Of a stretch of 64,000 nucleotides of DNA, positions 31,961-43,549 are shown in pieces (the first letter of the stretch is position 1; the number at the start of each line of letters is the position of its first letter). The DNA lies in contig SMSO01000034.1 in assembly GCA_004764695.1 (NCBI GenBank), forward strand, positions 1,240,001-1,304,000. The letters are read 5' to 3'. Under the pieces are notes generated by a model. It was not told where the DNA came from. It saw only the letters and a program-made list of their open reading frames with translations, and searched no databases. Origin of the DNA: Schizochytrium sp. TIO01. Lineage: Eukaryota > Protista > Bigyra: Labyrinthulomycetes. The translations under genes were made by a program, and so were the position numbers.

Positions 31961-34900
31961 CTAGATGGTGGCAACTGTCGCATCTTTCAGTTCGCTATCA
32001 TCATTGTCGTCGCTGGCGAATCTTGAGTTCATTTGAAACGGACTGCTCGTTTCTTCTGAACTATCTTCACGTTTTTTGGGGCCTGCATTCTCTAGTGGTT
32101 CAACTTCATCTAAAGGAGGGGAAAGAATAGAAGAAGACTGAACCTCTGCATATGTAGCCGGAATTCGTGAACATGGTGATGGTGTGTCTTCTAAGGAAAC
32201 GTTGAAATCAACACTTGAAGAAGTTCCTTGGGTTGTGGAAATGAAAACGTTAGGTGGACGAATAATTTCCATTGGAGAGAATTGTCTATTTTCTTTAGGG
32301 ATCGAGACATTGTTACCAAACTTCTCAAGATTCGGTGGGTGAATGATCCCTTCGCGGCAAACAAGATCAAGAATGTCATCATGACTGCGTGTGCTTGAAG
32401 ATGCGAAGGAAGTTGAAGAAAATGAACCAATATCTGTTCCAGATGATTTGATAGAATTCGAAAAGCTCCTACTTCGAACGTAGACTTCTTGCCTTTCCTC
32501 GTCGTCTTCAAACTGAGAAAAATCACTTTCTTCAGGTACACTTACTAGACCTTCATGTACCGCAGACTGCAACCAGGTTGGCAGCCCTGATGCTACATCG
32601 GAGTTCTCTTGTAGATGACTTGTTCTGACTGTTTCGATCTCGGAAGTTTTTGAGGTTGATTCATGGTTATTCATCAACAAACGCAGCTCCATCAGGCTCG
32701 GGGTTATTTCCCAAGAATTCCGACTTGCCTTGAATGAAATTTCGTTTTCCTGGTTTTGTCTATCACGAAGGGGCAGCTCCTGATAATATTTTCTTCGGGC
32801 CTGAGTGACCTTTCTGCAAACGTTCCAAGCCATCCACAAAAGCGCACAAAAGGTGGTAAAAAGAAGTACTAGGATAAGGATCTCATATATAAGGCGTTGA
32901 TTCTTTTTGCGCCATGGACCGCTCATAATGCCTCCAGTCATCCAGGTGTTCATCATGAGGACAACAACAATACTCGTAGAAGCAAGCACTTCCATTTGCT
33001 GCATAGACTTAAGAACATATGGTTGGAAAAGGTAGAGACTGAAAATATATGCTAGCCCTACAAGCTGTATTGTAAGATTTCGATAAAAGGGACTGCGGAT
33101 CGTTACACCAACAACGACCATCAAACTAACCCGTGCCAAGGCTAATAAAGACCAGTACCAACGCTCGTGATGAAGGCCGGCATATACAAACATGAATCGA
33201 GCGCGCATAGATAACGACATTCCAAGCGTAGCTCTGTTGCGGAAGCCAAGGAAACATAACATAACCGGGAAGGCAAATGCCAAACCGAATAAAGATGGAA
33301 GACCTAATACCAAGGTGCTTAGAAAGTGCCATCCTGTCCAACACTCGAATGAAGTATCGTAGATGAGGTATTGACCAATCTGCATAAGCCCACTAGGATA
33401 TTCCGAATCACTGTCTGAAACGTCCACAGTCGCACAAGTAAAAAGTTCAGTCAGTCGCTGGATTATACTTGGATATACAAAAAAAAGTATAACCGTATTC
33501 ATAGCGAATAGTTGCTTGCGGTCTATCGACTGTGTATGCTGCAATTGATACCTGCACGTTTTTCTACTGTGCAAGTACACAAGAGCAAATACAAGTAGAC
33601 CGCCAGGTAGCACATATAGACTTGCTATGGTCTGCCATACGAAGAATGGGATTGAAGGATCCTTCAAAATGCATCCCAACTCCAACGCACTTCCCGACAT
33701 TCCACCAGCAAACCATACCGTTCCTTGTGCTGCCGGCGTCCAGTTATCGCCCAGATTCCCCAGTAAGGCAATCTGCTGCATAAATCCAAGGAAAATCTTT
33801 AACAAACCACATCGTTCTTCTGCGCCTGACCAGATATCAAACACCGCTCGAAGGAAAACGATTTCACAGATCACTATCAGAGTCAATGACTGAATGCTGC
33901 TCTTAATCTGGGAAGGACACTTCTGGCAGTCTGTTGTAGAGAATGAAGGCCGAGCATATCCTGAGCTACACGAGCCGCACAATGGACCATCAAAACCTTT
34001 TGCACATTGGGCTTCTCGATAATCCTGATCCGTAATTTTTGTTTTAGAGTCGTTCATAATTGAACTATTACGAATCGTGTCAAGACTCGAGAGGCGGTCT
34101 TCAAAATCGCAGGCATGCAAGGATAGGCACTTATGCATTTGAAGAGAGGTGAGGGAGGAATGGTAGTACCCCGTAGCAGGGTATAGACGGGCTCCGCCTA
34201 GACAATGCGCGTTGTTTGGGCAATCCTCGCAGGTTGAATGGCTTGTGTTCCAGCTCACACTATAGTATACTGGGCACTCAATGCATTTTGACCTATCGGG
34301 GGAGGAAATAGATCCCATCTTGCAATCATTGCAGGCCAAAGCTGACCAGTTACTTGGACGATATGAACCGAGCGGGCATTGCACTACTTTCGAAAGATCT
34401 GTTGCATCAGGAAAGTACCAACCCGGTGGTGCGAGAGGTGCGGAAGGAGTACAATTCTTGATTTTACTACTGCTATGGGTTACACGCACATATCCGCTGG
34501 GGCATGGCAATACGTGAATGGAGATCTCTAAGTGAAATTTTTCAGCTTGCGAGAAGCTCCCTTCCCCAGGCTGCAAGCTAAGCGTATAATTACCTTCAGT
34601 ACCAAATATCTCCTCCCCACCTATCTGAATTGCAGAAGTCAATGCAAAGGTATATGTTGGATTTGATGGTATGTCCAATGATACTTCATCAGAAGTTTCA
34701 AAAGATAGCACAAAGGGGTAGTCTTGGGTGATGACGATCGGCTGCATGAACATATCGAGCGCAACAACGCACAGAGTATTAAGTCTTTGACCACTGTACA
34801 TCTCAAACAACGAGTTCCCAGAGACAGCACCACCAATTTCGTTGCATCCATCATAAATTGGGTCGGGCATGTACAAAGCAAAGCTATAAGGGGGTGTCTC

Positions 34901-37732
34901 CAAAGGTACGGTGCTGTTGTTATCAGGAAAGCTACAATTATTTGCCCCAATGATGGTTGACTCTCCGGATAAAAGTGTGATTGACCAGTCGCTAGATGAT
35001 TCGACATTTGCATGCAAGCCAGAAAGGTCATCCACCTGCATGAAAATGTCAGAGCCTGTTAATGCAGCATTGGAATAAAACACTGTTTCATTCAGGAAAA
35101 GCTTGGGAATGGGGCCACTCATGGTAAAGTCTAGCCCTATACCACCACCGACACCTGCGTTCGTGTCAGATACAACGTTTCCAACTAAACTCGAGTTCTT
35201 CACAAGATGCAGAACCGCTCCAGAAGATAATGCGATACCACCTCCAAGCAATCCTGCTATGTTACTTCCCACAATCGCCAAGGAAGAGCTAGCGGATGCA
35301 TTTGAATCAAGATACATTGCCCCTCCTTTAGCAATTGCGTTGTTTTGTTGTAAATCTAATCCTATAAATGTACCAGTTGCACCATTCTGCATACAAATTG
35401 CGCCTCCATTTCCTGCTGTGACATAGTTCCGATGAATGTACGCGCCTTCTGTGAAAAGGAGCCCCGCAGCACCAGACACGCTAATAGCCCCTCCACATGT
35501 GTAAGCATGATTCTCGAAAAATCTTGAAGAATTTCGTATGGAAAAGTAAGAGGCATTTAAATCACCATGATTAGAACTTAGAAATATGGCTCCGCCTTCA
35601 CCGAGCGATGCTCTATTCCCTCGAAATGTACACTCTAAAATTGTAAGATTTGTACGAGAACTTATAGCCAGTCCCCCCCCATGAAGTGAAGCTGTATTGT
35701 TTACGAAAGTGGTATGAGCCATGTTAATTTGAACGTAATTACTTTGTGAGACTGCAATCACACCCCCAGAGCTATGTGCCTTATTGTTGTGAAACACAGT
35801 CAACTGACTAGAAAATGAAGTGACGCCATCTAGACTTACAACGGCACCATCTCGGCCGGCAGAATTGTGATGCACTTGACTCCCATGAAAGCTCAAAACG
35901 TCGTATATCTGTCGCGATATGTTAAGATTAGATTGAGGGTCGTGAATAACAGCAACGCCACCATCTATGTATGCGTACATGCCGAACAGTGTGCAATTTT
36001 CTATCAGAAGTTTATTGAAACCTGTGTCAAACACATAAAATGCACCTCCTTGAATAGCATAAGAGCTTTCAATGACTGATCTTTGAAAAGCTACTTGAAC
36101 CGTACCAATGGTGCTGTTTAACTTTATCTCCCAAAGGCTTTGCACGTTCGTGAGTTCATCATCAAGGTACAGTACACCTCCATATAAATCTGCTGAATTA
36201 TGCATAAAGTGGCTGTCATTGATGATTACATCTAAATTGCGGATACCAGATCCAATAGCAAGTACGCCACCATGGGTGGCAGCGGAGTTATTTAAAAAAG
36301 TGCATGACTCAATTTCGATATGACCACCATAAACATTTGCTAGGGCATTGCTGATTGTAACTACACCACCAGAACTAGTAGATGTGTTATTAATAAAAGT
36401 TGAGTTTTTGATCCTGAAATTAATGTAGCCTACTTGCTCTATGTTTCCAAAAGCACCTGATTTAGACCCGACATTATTTTGTATTGTCACATTATTCAAT
36501 TCAGTAAACACTTGGGACCCAGCCCATGCTACAACTGGATACCCCGCATGATTAACATTGGCGATCAATTTACTATTTTGTAATAAAAGGGTAGAGCCTG
36601 CACGTTGACGAATTGCAGTTCGGCAGTTTGTTATTGTAATACCATCAAGGATAAGTGTGGCATTCATGAATACATCAAACAACACCTCGATTCTATCCTG
36701 GGTTGCTGCAGAGTCTTTACAAGCCATTATTGTGCTTTGATGAGCATCAAATATCGTGAGATTTGCACCGACAGGAATATCCAAAACGATTGTTTCAGAG
36801 ATCACAAGGCTTCCAAGATCAAGCTCTGAAATGTCTAGGATGCAGGAGACTTCAGGAAAACCTGCACATTGCGTTTGCAGGGCAGAAGCAAGCTTAGTAC
36901 CATCTTCGCCACTCACGTACTCCAGTTTCAGACTACGAAGGGCGCTTGACTCGATAGAACCGGGGATAGTGTTATGTGTTGATCTACACATACAGAATGA
37001 CCAGCTCAGGTCTGCCACTGACTTTGCAGAAGACTTCACCATGCACCACTGAAGGTCAGACTCGTTGGCCAGCGTTCCGAACACGCTAGCGCCCACTGGG
37101 CGCAAACCGTCATTTTCGTTAAGTGACATGCACGTGCTATAACTTCCAGATTGTACTTCTGCAGGGAACTGGCAAGGATGTTGGCTTACAGTGCATCCAT
37201 CAAAGCATGGCCGCGTGTAAGGAAGATCTCCATTCTCGTAGCAGGTCTTTAGACATCGATTTCTTAATTGGATCGAGGTCAAGCCTCCATATAGCTTAGT
37301 GCAATCATTATCGGTGCATCTGCACATTTCTGGAAATGCAGACAGGTATCGATCGCATGCTCCGTCGCCATAAGCAAGCTTGAGGTCAAGCTCGTTAATA
37401 CAATGGCTTTGGCAAAAGCCACAAGAACGTGGGCAATATATTTCCATGCTTTCCTGAAGATTTTCAAGAGCACAATAGCCGTAGTCGGACCATACGCTAT
37501 ACCCTTCATCCCATGAGCTTGACGAAAGCACTTGTGGTTTGGCTAAGACTTCACATTCTTTTAGGTTGTCAAAGCATGTCGTAGTCACCCAAAGATCTGC
37601 ATCGCTTTTCTTTGCTTTCTCTAAAATTTCGACGACCTCCTCTAAATCCAACGATACTACTGTATTCCACATAACTATGCAATTTATCCAGAAGATTAGC
37701 CTTGGCCAAGGCTTGCTCGTTTGCATTTTCAT
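31961..37732 (-). CDS. Large surface protein: signal peptide, Cys-rich ShK/FN2-like modules, PMP-type beta-helix repeats, Cys-rich repeats, multi-pass (about 7 TM) domain, Ser-rich tail
   Basis: CPRSCGFC; CQFP...WC...WSFC; many FxNNxA...GGA[IV] repeats; CPLGSY, CEDCPNNAHCLGG, GFDGPLCGSC; hydrophobic helices with YDTSFECWTGWH and FQPY. Confidence 0.88.
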   Translation of the reverse strand: MKMQTSKPWPRLIFWINCIVMWNTVVSLDLEEVVEILEKAKKSDADLWVTTTCFDNLKECEVLAKPQVLSSSSWDEGYSVWSDYGYCALENLQESMEIYCPRSCGFCQSHCINELDLKLAYGDGACDRYLSAFPEMCRCTDNDCTKLYGGLTSIQLRNRCLKTCYENGDLPYTRPCFDGCTVSQHPCQFPAEVQSGSYSTCMSLNENDGLRPVGASVFGTLANESDLQWCMVKSSAKSVADLSWSFCMCRSTHNTIPGSIESSALRSLKLEYVSGEDGTKLASALQTQCAGFPEVSCILDISELDLGSLVISETIVLDIPVGANLTIFDAHQSTIMACKDSAATQDRIEVLFDVFMNATLILDGITITNCRTAIRQRAGSTLLLQNSKLIANVNHAGYPVVAWAGSQVFTELNNVTIQNNVGSKSGAFGNIEQVGYINFRIKNSTFINNTSTSSGGVVTISNALANVYGGHIEIESCTFLNNSAATHGGVLAIGSGIRNLDVIINDSHFMHNSADLYGGVLYLDDELTNVQSLWEIKLNSTIGTVQVAFQRSVIESSYAIQGGAFYVFDTGFNKLLIENCTLFGMYAYIDGGVAVIHDPQSNLNISRQIYDVLSFHGSQVHHNSAGRDGAVVSLDGVTSFSSQLTVFHNNKAHSSGGVIAVSQSNYVQINMAHTTFVNNTASLHGGGLAISSRTNLTILECTFRGNRASLGEGGAIFLSSNHGDLNASYFSIRNSSRFFENHAYTCGGAISVSGAAGLLFTEGAYIHRNYVTAGNGGAICMQNGATGTFIGLDLQQNNAIAKGGAMYLDSNASASSSLAIVGSNIAGLLGGGIALSSGAVLHLVKNSSLVGNVVSDTNAGVGGGIGLDFTMSGPIPKLFLNETVFYSNAALTGSDIFMQVDDLSGLHANVESSSDWSITLLSGESTIIGANNCSFPDNNSTVPLETPPYSFALYMPDPIYDGCNEIGGAVSGNSLFEMYSGQRLNTLCVVALDMFMQPIVITQDYPFVLSFETSDEVSLDIPSNPTYTFALTSAIQIGGEEIFGTEGNYTLSLQPGEGSFSQAEKFHLEISIHVLPCPSGYVRVTHSSSKIKNCTPSAPLAPPGWYFPDATDLSKVVQCPLGSYRPSNWSALACNDCKMGSISSPDRSKCIECPVYYSVSWNTSHSTCEDCPNNAHCLGGARLYPATGYYHSSLTSLQMHKCLSLHACDFEDRLSSLDTIRNSSIMNDSKTKITDQDYREAQCAKGFDGPLCGSCSSGYARPSFSTTDCQKCPSQIKSSIQSLTLIVICEIVFLRAVFDIWSGAEERCGLLKIFLGFMQQIALLGNLGDNWTPAAQGTVWFAGGMSGSALELGCILKDPSIPFFVWQTIASLYVLPGGLLVFALVYLHSRKTCRYQLQHTQSIDRKQLFAMNTVILFFVYPSIIQRLTELFTCATVDVSDSDSEYPSGLMQIGQYLIYDTSFECWTGWHFLSTLVLGLPSLFGLAFAFPVMLCFLGFRNRATLGMSLSMRARFMFVYAGLHHERWYWSLLALARVSLMVVVGVTIRSPFYRNLTIQLVGLAYIFSLYLFQPYVLKSMQQMEVLASTSIVVVLMMNTWMTGGIMSGPWRKKNQRLIYEILILVLLFTTFCALLWMAWNVCRKVTQARRKYYQELPLRDRQNQENEISFKASRNSWEITPSLMELRLLMNNHESTSKTSEIETVRTSHLQENSDVASGLPTWLQSAVHEGLVSVPEESDFSQFEDDEERQEVYVRSRSFSNSIKSSGTDIGSFSSTSFASSSTRSHDDILDLVCREGIIHPPNLEKFGNNVSIPKENRQFSPMEIIRPPNVFISTTQGTSSSVDFNVSLEDTPSPCSRIPATYAEVQSSSILSPPLDEVEPLENAGPKKREDSSEETSSPFQMNSRFASDDNDDSELKDATVATI

Positions 37733-40151
37733 CGCGACAGCTCCTTATCCCTTTTTGAGATTTGCTTCATTTCCTACCACAAACACATCATCACATGTTG
37801 GTGAATAGTAAGCCAACATAGCACACAGTCTTGTCAGCCGCACAAAGCATCTACCTTTAATCCAAATTATTTGCTAACATGCATTCTCACCAAAATCATC
37901 GCAGCATACCAAGCGTCACTCTTCGACGCCTCTGCTTTCGTAGTCCTAACATGACCCCACCCATGAGTTTGCGGGTTCTCTTATGAGTAGGTGTGCGCAA
38001 GTCCCCGAAGACATTATTCAAGTGCTCTTTCTCTCGTTCCGCAAAAACTTGCTGTATACCCCTCTTGGGGGGTACTCGCATCTTCTATAAAGTACAGTAT
38101 ACCATAACAGTTATAGAGGGAGCGTAATTGTGGTCCTGTCGAAAACGTATGTACATATTAAACTATAGGATCTAAAACTTTTACTTAAATTAAAATTTAT
38201 TTAAAAAAAAGAATAAAAAAAAAGAGGTTACCTATTTCGTGAGTGAGAAACTGGCGAACTACTTGGACAATTGTCAACGCGAACTTTTTCTATTCAAGCA
38301 AGCTTTGCGAGAAGAACTTCGAACCAGCTTCGGTTTGTGCTAGAGCATATCTAATCTTCACAAGAACGTCTTCACCAGGCTTTGTGGCGCTTGGATCTCA
38401 TCATCTGTAGCCCACATTGCAAATTCCTCCTCAAGAATCGATCGAGTCTCATGTCGCTTTAAGGCAGGCAGCCCCAAAGCCTTCATTTCTCGCAGAACCA
38501 ACTTGGTTTTAATTCTATTAAAGGAGCCAAAAACCCCGCTCGACTCGAAGATCACCACGCTTCCCAGGCCTTTAAGCATTCCAAGCTTTGGCATCAACGG
38601 AGCCATCGTTCTTCAATCTGAGCAGACGAGTCTTTTCGACAGAGCAGAAAACCTCTAAAACAGACCAGGGACCTGTTCCTTCTAAAAAAGAACGACCCCT
38701 TAGGCAGGAGATAAGGCCTCCTATCTATCTATCTCTAGATGTCAGAACACTATAAACTATACTACCAACTATAGGACTTGGATAGAGGTACCTACCGACT
38801 GCTAGTGGGCACTAGGTACTTCTATGCAGTTGAAACATCTTTCTTACTTACTTACTTGCTGGCCAGTAGCCACAGGCCTACTATTTACTATAGTGTGTCT
38901 ATTTTACACTCGACGAAAAGGTTTGATTAAGCATAAAAAAGGAGTTTAGGAATGTAATGATAAATCATTTCTCTTCGACTGTTTTTCTGTGTAATCGTAT
39001 ATTTATGAATGTTTCTTTCTTTTCATTTCAATTGAAAGAGAAAATCGTTAAAAATAAGATGGCGGTGGTATTAGGAGTAAGGGTAGTTAAACATTACTGC
39101 AATGATGATGATTGAAATAAACACGAAAGAATGAGCATAAAAGAGTGTAAATGTGAATGACTTGAAAGAAAGAGTGAAATGAATGAGTCACTTGAAAGAA
39201 GAGAACTTGAAACATTAGAGTGAAAATACTATGTGCGTAGGAGCTGTCTACTGTCTGCTAAGGGGCCGCGATGCGATGATGATCTCGATGAGAAAAAAGG
39301 ACAAACCGGAATACAGACCACTCCGGCCCTCGGACTCGGGCTCTTCGCGTGGCGCGGAGAGAGAACCGGGCCCTCGGGGGCGCTGGAAGGCCTAGCACCT
39401 TGAACTGTCCGCGTACGCTCTCGCGGGGCGCGGCGGAGACAGATAGGGTAGCCTCTTTCGCGTTGGCTTTGGAGTCCTTCATTCAAATTAATAACTAAAC
39501 AAACAAACAAACAAACAATTAGGACTCTTCTTCACCCGAAGTGGTCTTTCTGACTGACAAGCGCGTAAACATTCCTCCGCTGGTGACCGCTTCAAGACCT
39601 GCTTCTGGCTAGAGAGTTCTTGGTTGGTGGGAGAGAAGCGTCTCGTGCCGAGGTGCTAGGTCCGCCGCGTCGTTCCCATCTCGCTTAGGTGAACAAAGCA
39701 CCCGCTCGTACACTATTTACGGCCCATTTACTAAGAACTCATAAGATTCAAGCAAATCTACTGAGTTTGTGCACCTCTCGTTGCGCCAAGAGGTGTTTTG
39801 GGCTACATACAGAACGTGGTACTCCTCCAGTCGTTATCTTGCGTGAGCAAGCTCTCACACGGAGTCCTTGCGATTGGTAAAACTTCATCATTGCTGGTTT
39901 GCACAACAGTTAATTAATTCCACCGAGGTGCTTGCTGCGGGAATAAGCAAGCCACCGTGCATTCGATCCTTAAGAGGTCTCCTGCTGAGGTGCAGGCATA
40001 CGACCTTTGGGGTTTGGCCACGCGAAAAGGGGACATTAGTTTGTCCCGGAATATCAATTGAGGAGAATTGTTCAACAAAAGCACGTGTGATTCTTGCCAG
40101 CACGTTTCTTGAGTTGTACGGGTTCTGAGCTAAATATCAAATTCCAGCGAA

Positions 40152-41309
40152 ATGAGTCCAAACCAACGCAAAAGCGTAGCTTCGTCCGCGCCAACGACCG
40201 TGGGTTCAGCCACGGTACTGTGCGGTAGCTGTCGTAGTGGGGAGGTGGCTGTTGGAAAGCATACAATGCAGTTGGACTTGGATAGCGCGCCGGAGCTGAC
40301 GTCTCAATTTACACATGCATCGCGCAAAGTGCTGACGGAGGTTCTTCGAGAAGCATCTCATCTTAAAATCGGGCACTTGGAGAAGCAATTTTGGGCATGG
40401 GATGAGCACGCGTGCGACTCAATTTATAATGGCACAAAACGCAATCCCATCATCAAATTGCTGTGCTCGCTGCTAAGCATCTCTGGTGACGAAGCAGTTT
40501 GGTTCATCTTCCCTGTGATTATCGCGTCCATTCTAACCATTGTCCAGGGTGGACCTCACACAATGTCTTGCGCGAACCTCACCTGTGACATGGAGTTCTT
40601 TCTTGATCTCTTTGGAGGGATGGCAGTTTGTGCTGTAGTGGAACAAATTCTCAAAGGCTTTTTCCAAAGGCCGAGACCTGACTGTCGCCCATATGATAAC
40701 AAATACTGCTGTATTCTTGGTGAAAGCTACTCCTTCCCCTCAGGACACTCCATGCGTGCGTTATATGCTTTCAACTGGATGTTTTGGAGCACACATGCCA
40801 TGGCAATGCTAAATCTGCCGAGGTATTTGGAACCGTTTGTGTTGGTGTGGGCTCTGGGTGTTGGTTATGCTCGCGTGGCTGCAGGTCGTCACCACCCTAT
40901 TGATGTAATTGTTGGCGACTTTGTTGGCTTGGCTGTGAGCCGCGTGGTAGAGAACCAACTGACGGACTATCAACGTGCTATGGTGAAAATTGTGGCTGGT
41001 GTCCTTGTGGCACTCCAGGTTTGGTTCCTGTTGTTGGGTCCGATTCTTAAGGACACTGTGCAGAGTGCTGTGGGTCGGCACACTCCAGCGTATGCTGTAT
41101 CCGGACTTGTGGGAGCACTCTACTTTGCCTTTTATGCTTCGGCCCTGGTATCCGTGGTGAATGCGGTTGTGGCCGCTGATGAGCAAGACTGTGTTGTTGG
41201 TCGGTTTAGTTTGGCGTTTGCCGGCGAGGAGTACTCTGGATCATCTTCAACATCAGCGTCATCTGCCTTCGTCGAGTATCAATGCAGGCAGTGGACCAAT
41301 TTGTATTAA
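40152..41309 (+). CDS. PAP2-family lipid phosphate phosphatase (PLPP6/7-like)
   Basis: C1 KGFFQRPRP, C2 SFPSGH, C3 ARVAAGRHHPIDV, plus multiple TM helices. Confidence 0.88.
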   Translation: MSPNQRKSVASSAPTTVGSATVLCGSCRSGEVAVGKHTMQLDLDSAPELTSQFTHASRKVLTEVLREASHLKIGHLEKQFWAWDEHACDSIYNGTKRNPIIKLLCSLLSISGDEAVWFIFPVIIASILTIVQGGPHTMSCANLTCDMEFFLDLFGGMAVCAVVEQILKGFFQRPRPDCRPYDNKYCCILGESYSFPSGHSMRALYAFNWMFWSTHAMAMLNLPRYLEPFVLVWALGVGYARVAAGRHHPIDVIVGDFVGLAVSRVVENQLTDYQRAMVKIVAGVLVALQVWFLLLGPILKDTVQSAVGRHTPAYAVSGLVGALYFAFYASALVSVVNAVVAADEQDCVVGRFSLAFAGEEYSGSSSTSASSAFVEYQCRQWTNLY

Positions 41310-41807
41310 TCCCCCCCCTTCCCCCCTGGCATTTTCACCATTGGCCTTTCATTTGTTGGTGTATGATGTCATGTCATAATTTCCCGTCAGGTACAACGGA
41401 GCAAAGAACCATTGTCTTTTCACCTCGGTTGTTCGTACTATAAAACTGCAATCAGCTTTAAATCTTTTTGAAAAGCTTGCTTGCGCACGCGTGCCTGAAC
41501 ATATCTACTAATCCAAAACATGTTTTGAAACACGGGATTGTGATCTGGAACGGATATATTCTCCATTTCCTTTTCACTCCATATCAAGATAGGGAACCTT
41601 TCCTCACTGTGTAAAGAGATGGAAAGAAAACTATTAATGTAATGAGTCACCTCTGCAATTTTGCATTCGATATCGCGAAAATAATTAGAATAAAGGTCTA
41701 TTCAAACTGTATACAAATTAGCTATCCATTGTTTTATAAATACAAAGCCCATGATCTTTCTTCGACCTGGTTGAGAAGGTTTATCAATAGGCTAGAGGGG
41801 GGTTGTT

Positions 41808-42404
41808 TTATGAATACGATTTCAAGGAAAATCTGATTTTTTTCATTTCTTTCGCTGAAAGGCTTGTCTCACAAAATGTGCGCGTGAGCCATTCAAAAGC
41901 CGTCTGGAGACCCTCACCTGTCAATGATGATGTGTGCTGAATTTGCCACAATCTGCCACGTATCTGCGAGCAATTAAGTGCGTCAGATATCTCTGTGCCA
42001 GACAATGCGGTGAACATATCTTGCTTATTAGCGAGAATTAATAAAGGTACTCGTGCGAGTCGAGAATCTTCGAGCATGCTCTGCAAAATAGTACCAACTT
42101 TTTCAAGACGACGCAAGTCTGTACTATCCACCACAAAAATTATAGCATGAGCTCTTTCGTAAAACTTGTGCCAAATCGTTCGTCGAGCGGGCCCCCCGCC
42201 CACATCAATACAATTAAGCTTAAATCCCATCTGGGATAGTCTAAATATTGAAAAGCCCTGGGTTGCTACGACCTGCTTACTTGCATGTGGATGCTGCTGG
42301 GCGACCTTTCGTAGAAGAGCCGTCTTTCCACTCCCATCAAGACCAACTACGAGAACATTCGCCACTTTCGATCGCGATCTCAAGTTTGAGCTGTGCGTTC
42401 CCAT
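41808..42404 (-). CDS. ARL3-like Arf-family small GTPase
   Basis: MGTHSS (myristoylation-like), GLDGSGKT, TQGF, DVGGG, ANKQD, WQIQ..SSLTGEG. ATG at 42404 in caagATGg context. Confidence 0.88.
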   Translation of the reverse strand: MGTHSSNLRSRSKVANVLVVGLDGSGKTALLRKVAQQHPHASKQVVATQGFSIFRLSQMGFKLNCIDVGGGPARRTIWHKFYERAHAIIFVVDSTDLRRLEKVGTILQSMLEDSRLARVPLLILANKQDMFTALSGTEISDALNCSQIRGRLWQIQHTSSLTGEGLQTAFEWLTRTFCETSLSAKEMKKIRFSLKSYS

Positions 42405-43549
42405 CTTGTAGTGCGTATCAATCAAATCCCCTGCCAAGCAAGCTCTCTGTGACCCTTTACTTAGTTCAAGGCGCCTGTGTATTGATATCGCGTCTTGCTA
42501 TAGCCCAGATGTCCTCTAGCTCAGCTCTTGTCAACCCTATCGAATTCCCCCTTGTGAAAGAATATCGCCTCAAATGTAGCTAGCTTGTCGTAGTTTTACA
42601 AAAGACTATGCTTATGCGAAGCCTGTTGACCCTTCTTTAATCGAGACAGGCCTTCACTCCATCACGCCGCATTTTTCCTTCACTGACGTTCTTTTTTCTT
42701 CACCTTCTATCAGTCTCTAACGTTCTTAGCCCCTTTCCTCTGCCTTGTAATCAATCTCGTTTTCCTACACGCTTCTTCCTTCTTTCCCGTCTCAACGGCT
42801 ATTTTAAGAGAACCCAATTTATCAACATTTCGCGTTGTCCACACCGCGGCGTGGGCTCCAAGCGTTGGTTGGCGAGGAGACCTCGCAAGAGCTCTCGCCC
42901 CGCTCCATGTCGCTGTGGCCCCGGTCCACTTGCTGTAAATAATCTCAGGCTGGTGAACGAGGAAGGAGCCGAGACCCAGGAGCTTCTGTCGGCTCCGTGG
43001 AGGCTTCTCGGTGCGTGGGAGAGGCCAGCCAGCCAAAGTCTGACTTCTTGCATTCATGACTCGAGTGGCAGAACCGGTGGTCCCGCCCTTCAGGTCCTTG
43101 GCCCTTTCTCTGTGTACCTTTCATTCATGAACTTATAACCCTCTGTAACCCGCTTTGTATACCCCACTGTAGGCTCCCATAAGCTACTTTGCCTCTGCTC
43201 TGCAAGTAGGCTATTCACCCGATTGTCTACTTGCAGGGTTCTTTTAGCGCTCTTTTAAAGTTTCCATTTCAAGATGTTTTTTCGAAGTGATTTTTTTAAA
43301 ACTTGCTTAGAAGGTGGTATGGTAAAGGCGTAAGAATGAGAGGCCAAATTGTGATTTTGAACGATAAGAGTATTAGTTAATTCTGTGGCATTCATTGCTC
43401 GATCGAGTGGAGGCGGCAAGGCCCTCTCCTTCGACGCTCTCTCGTGGTGCTCGCGAGGCTCTGTAGCAGTCTCGGCGTTGCAAAGGTTGGGGGATTGGAG
43501 CTCGTAACCCGGAAGCTTTTGTGGTTGCCTCGTTGCTGTGCCAGGCAAG

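Noticed and set aside
37896-38700. Short minus-strand ORFs that might be gene or transposon relics
   Set aside because: No motif recognised; cannot be supported without a search.
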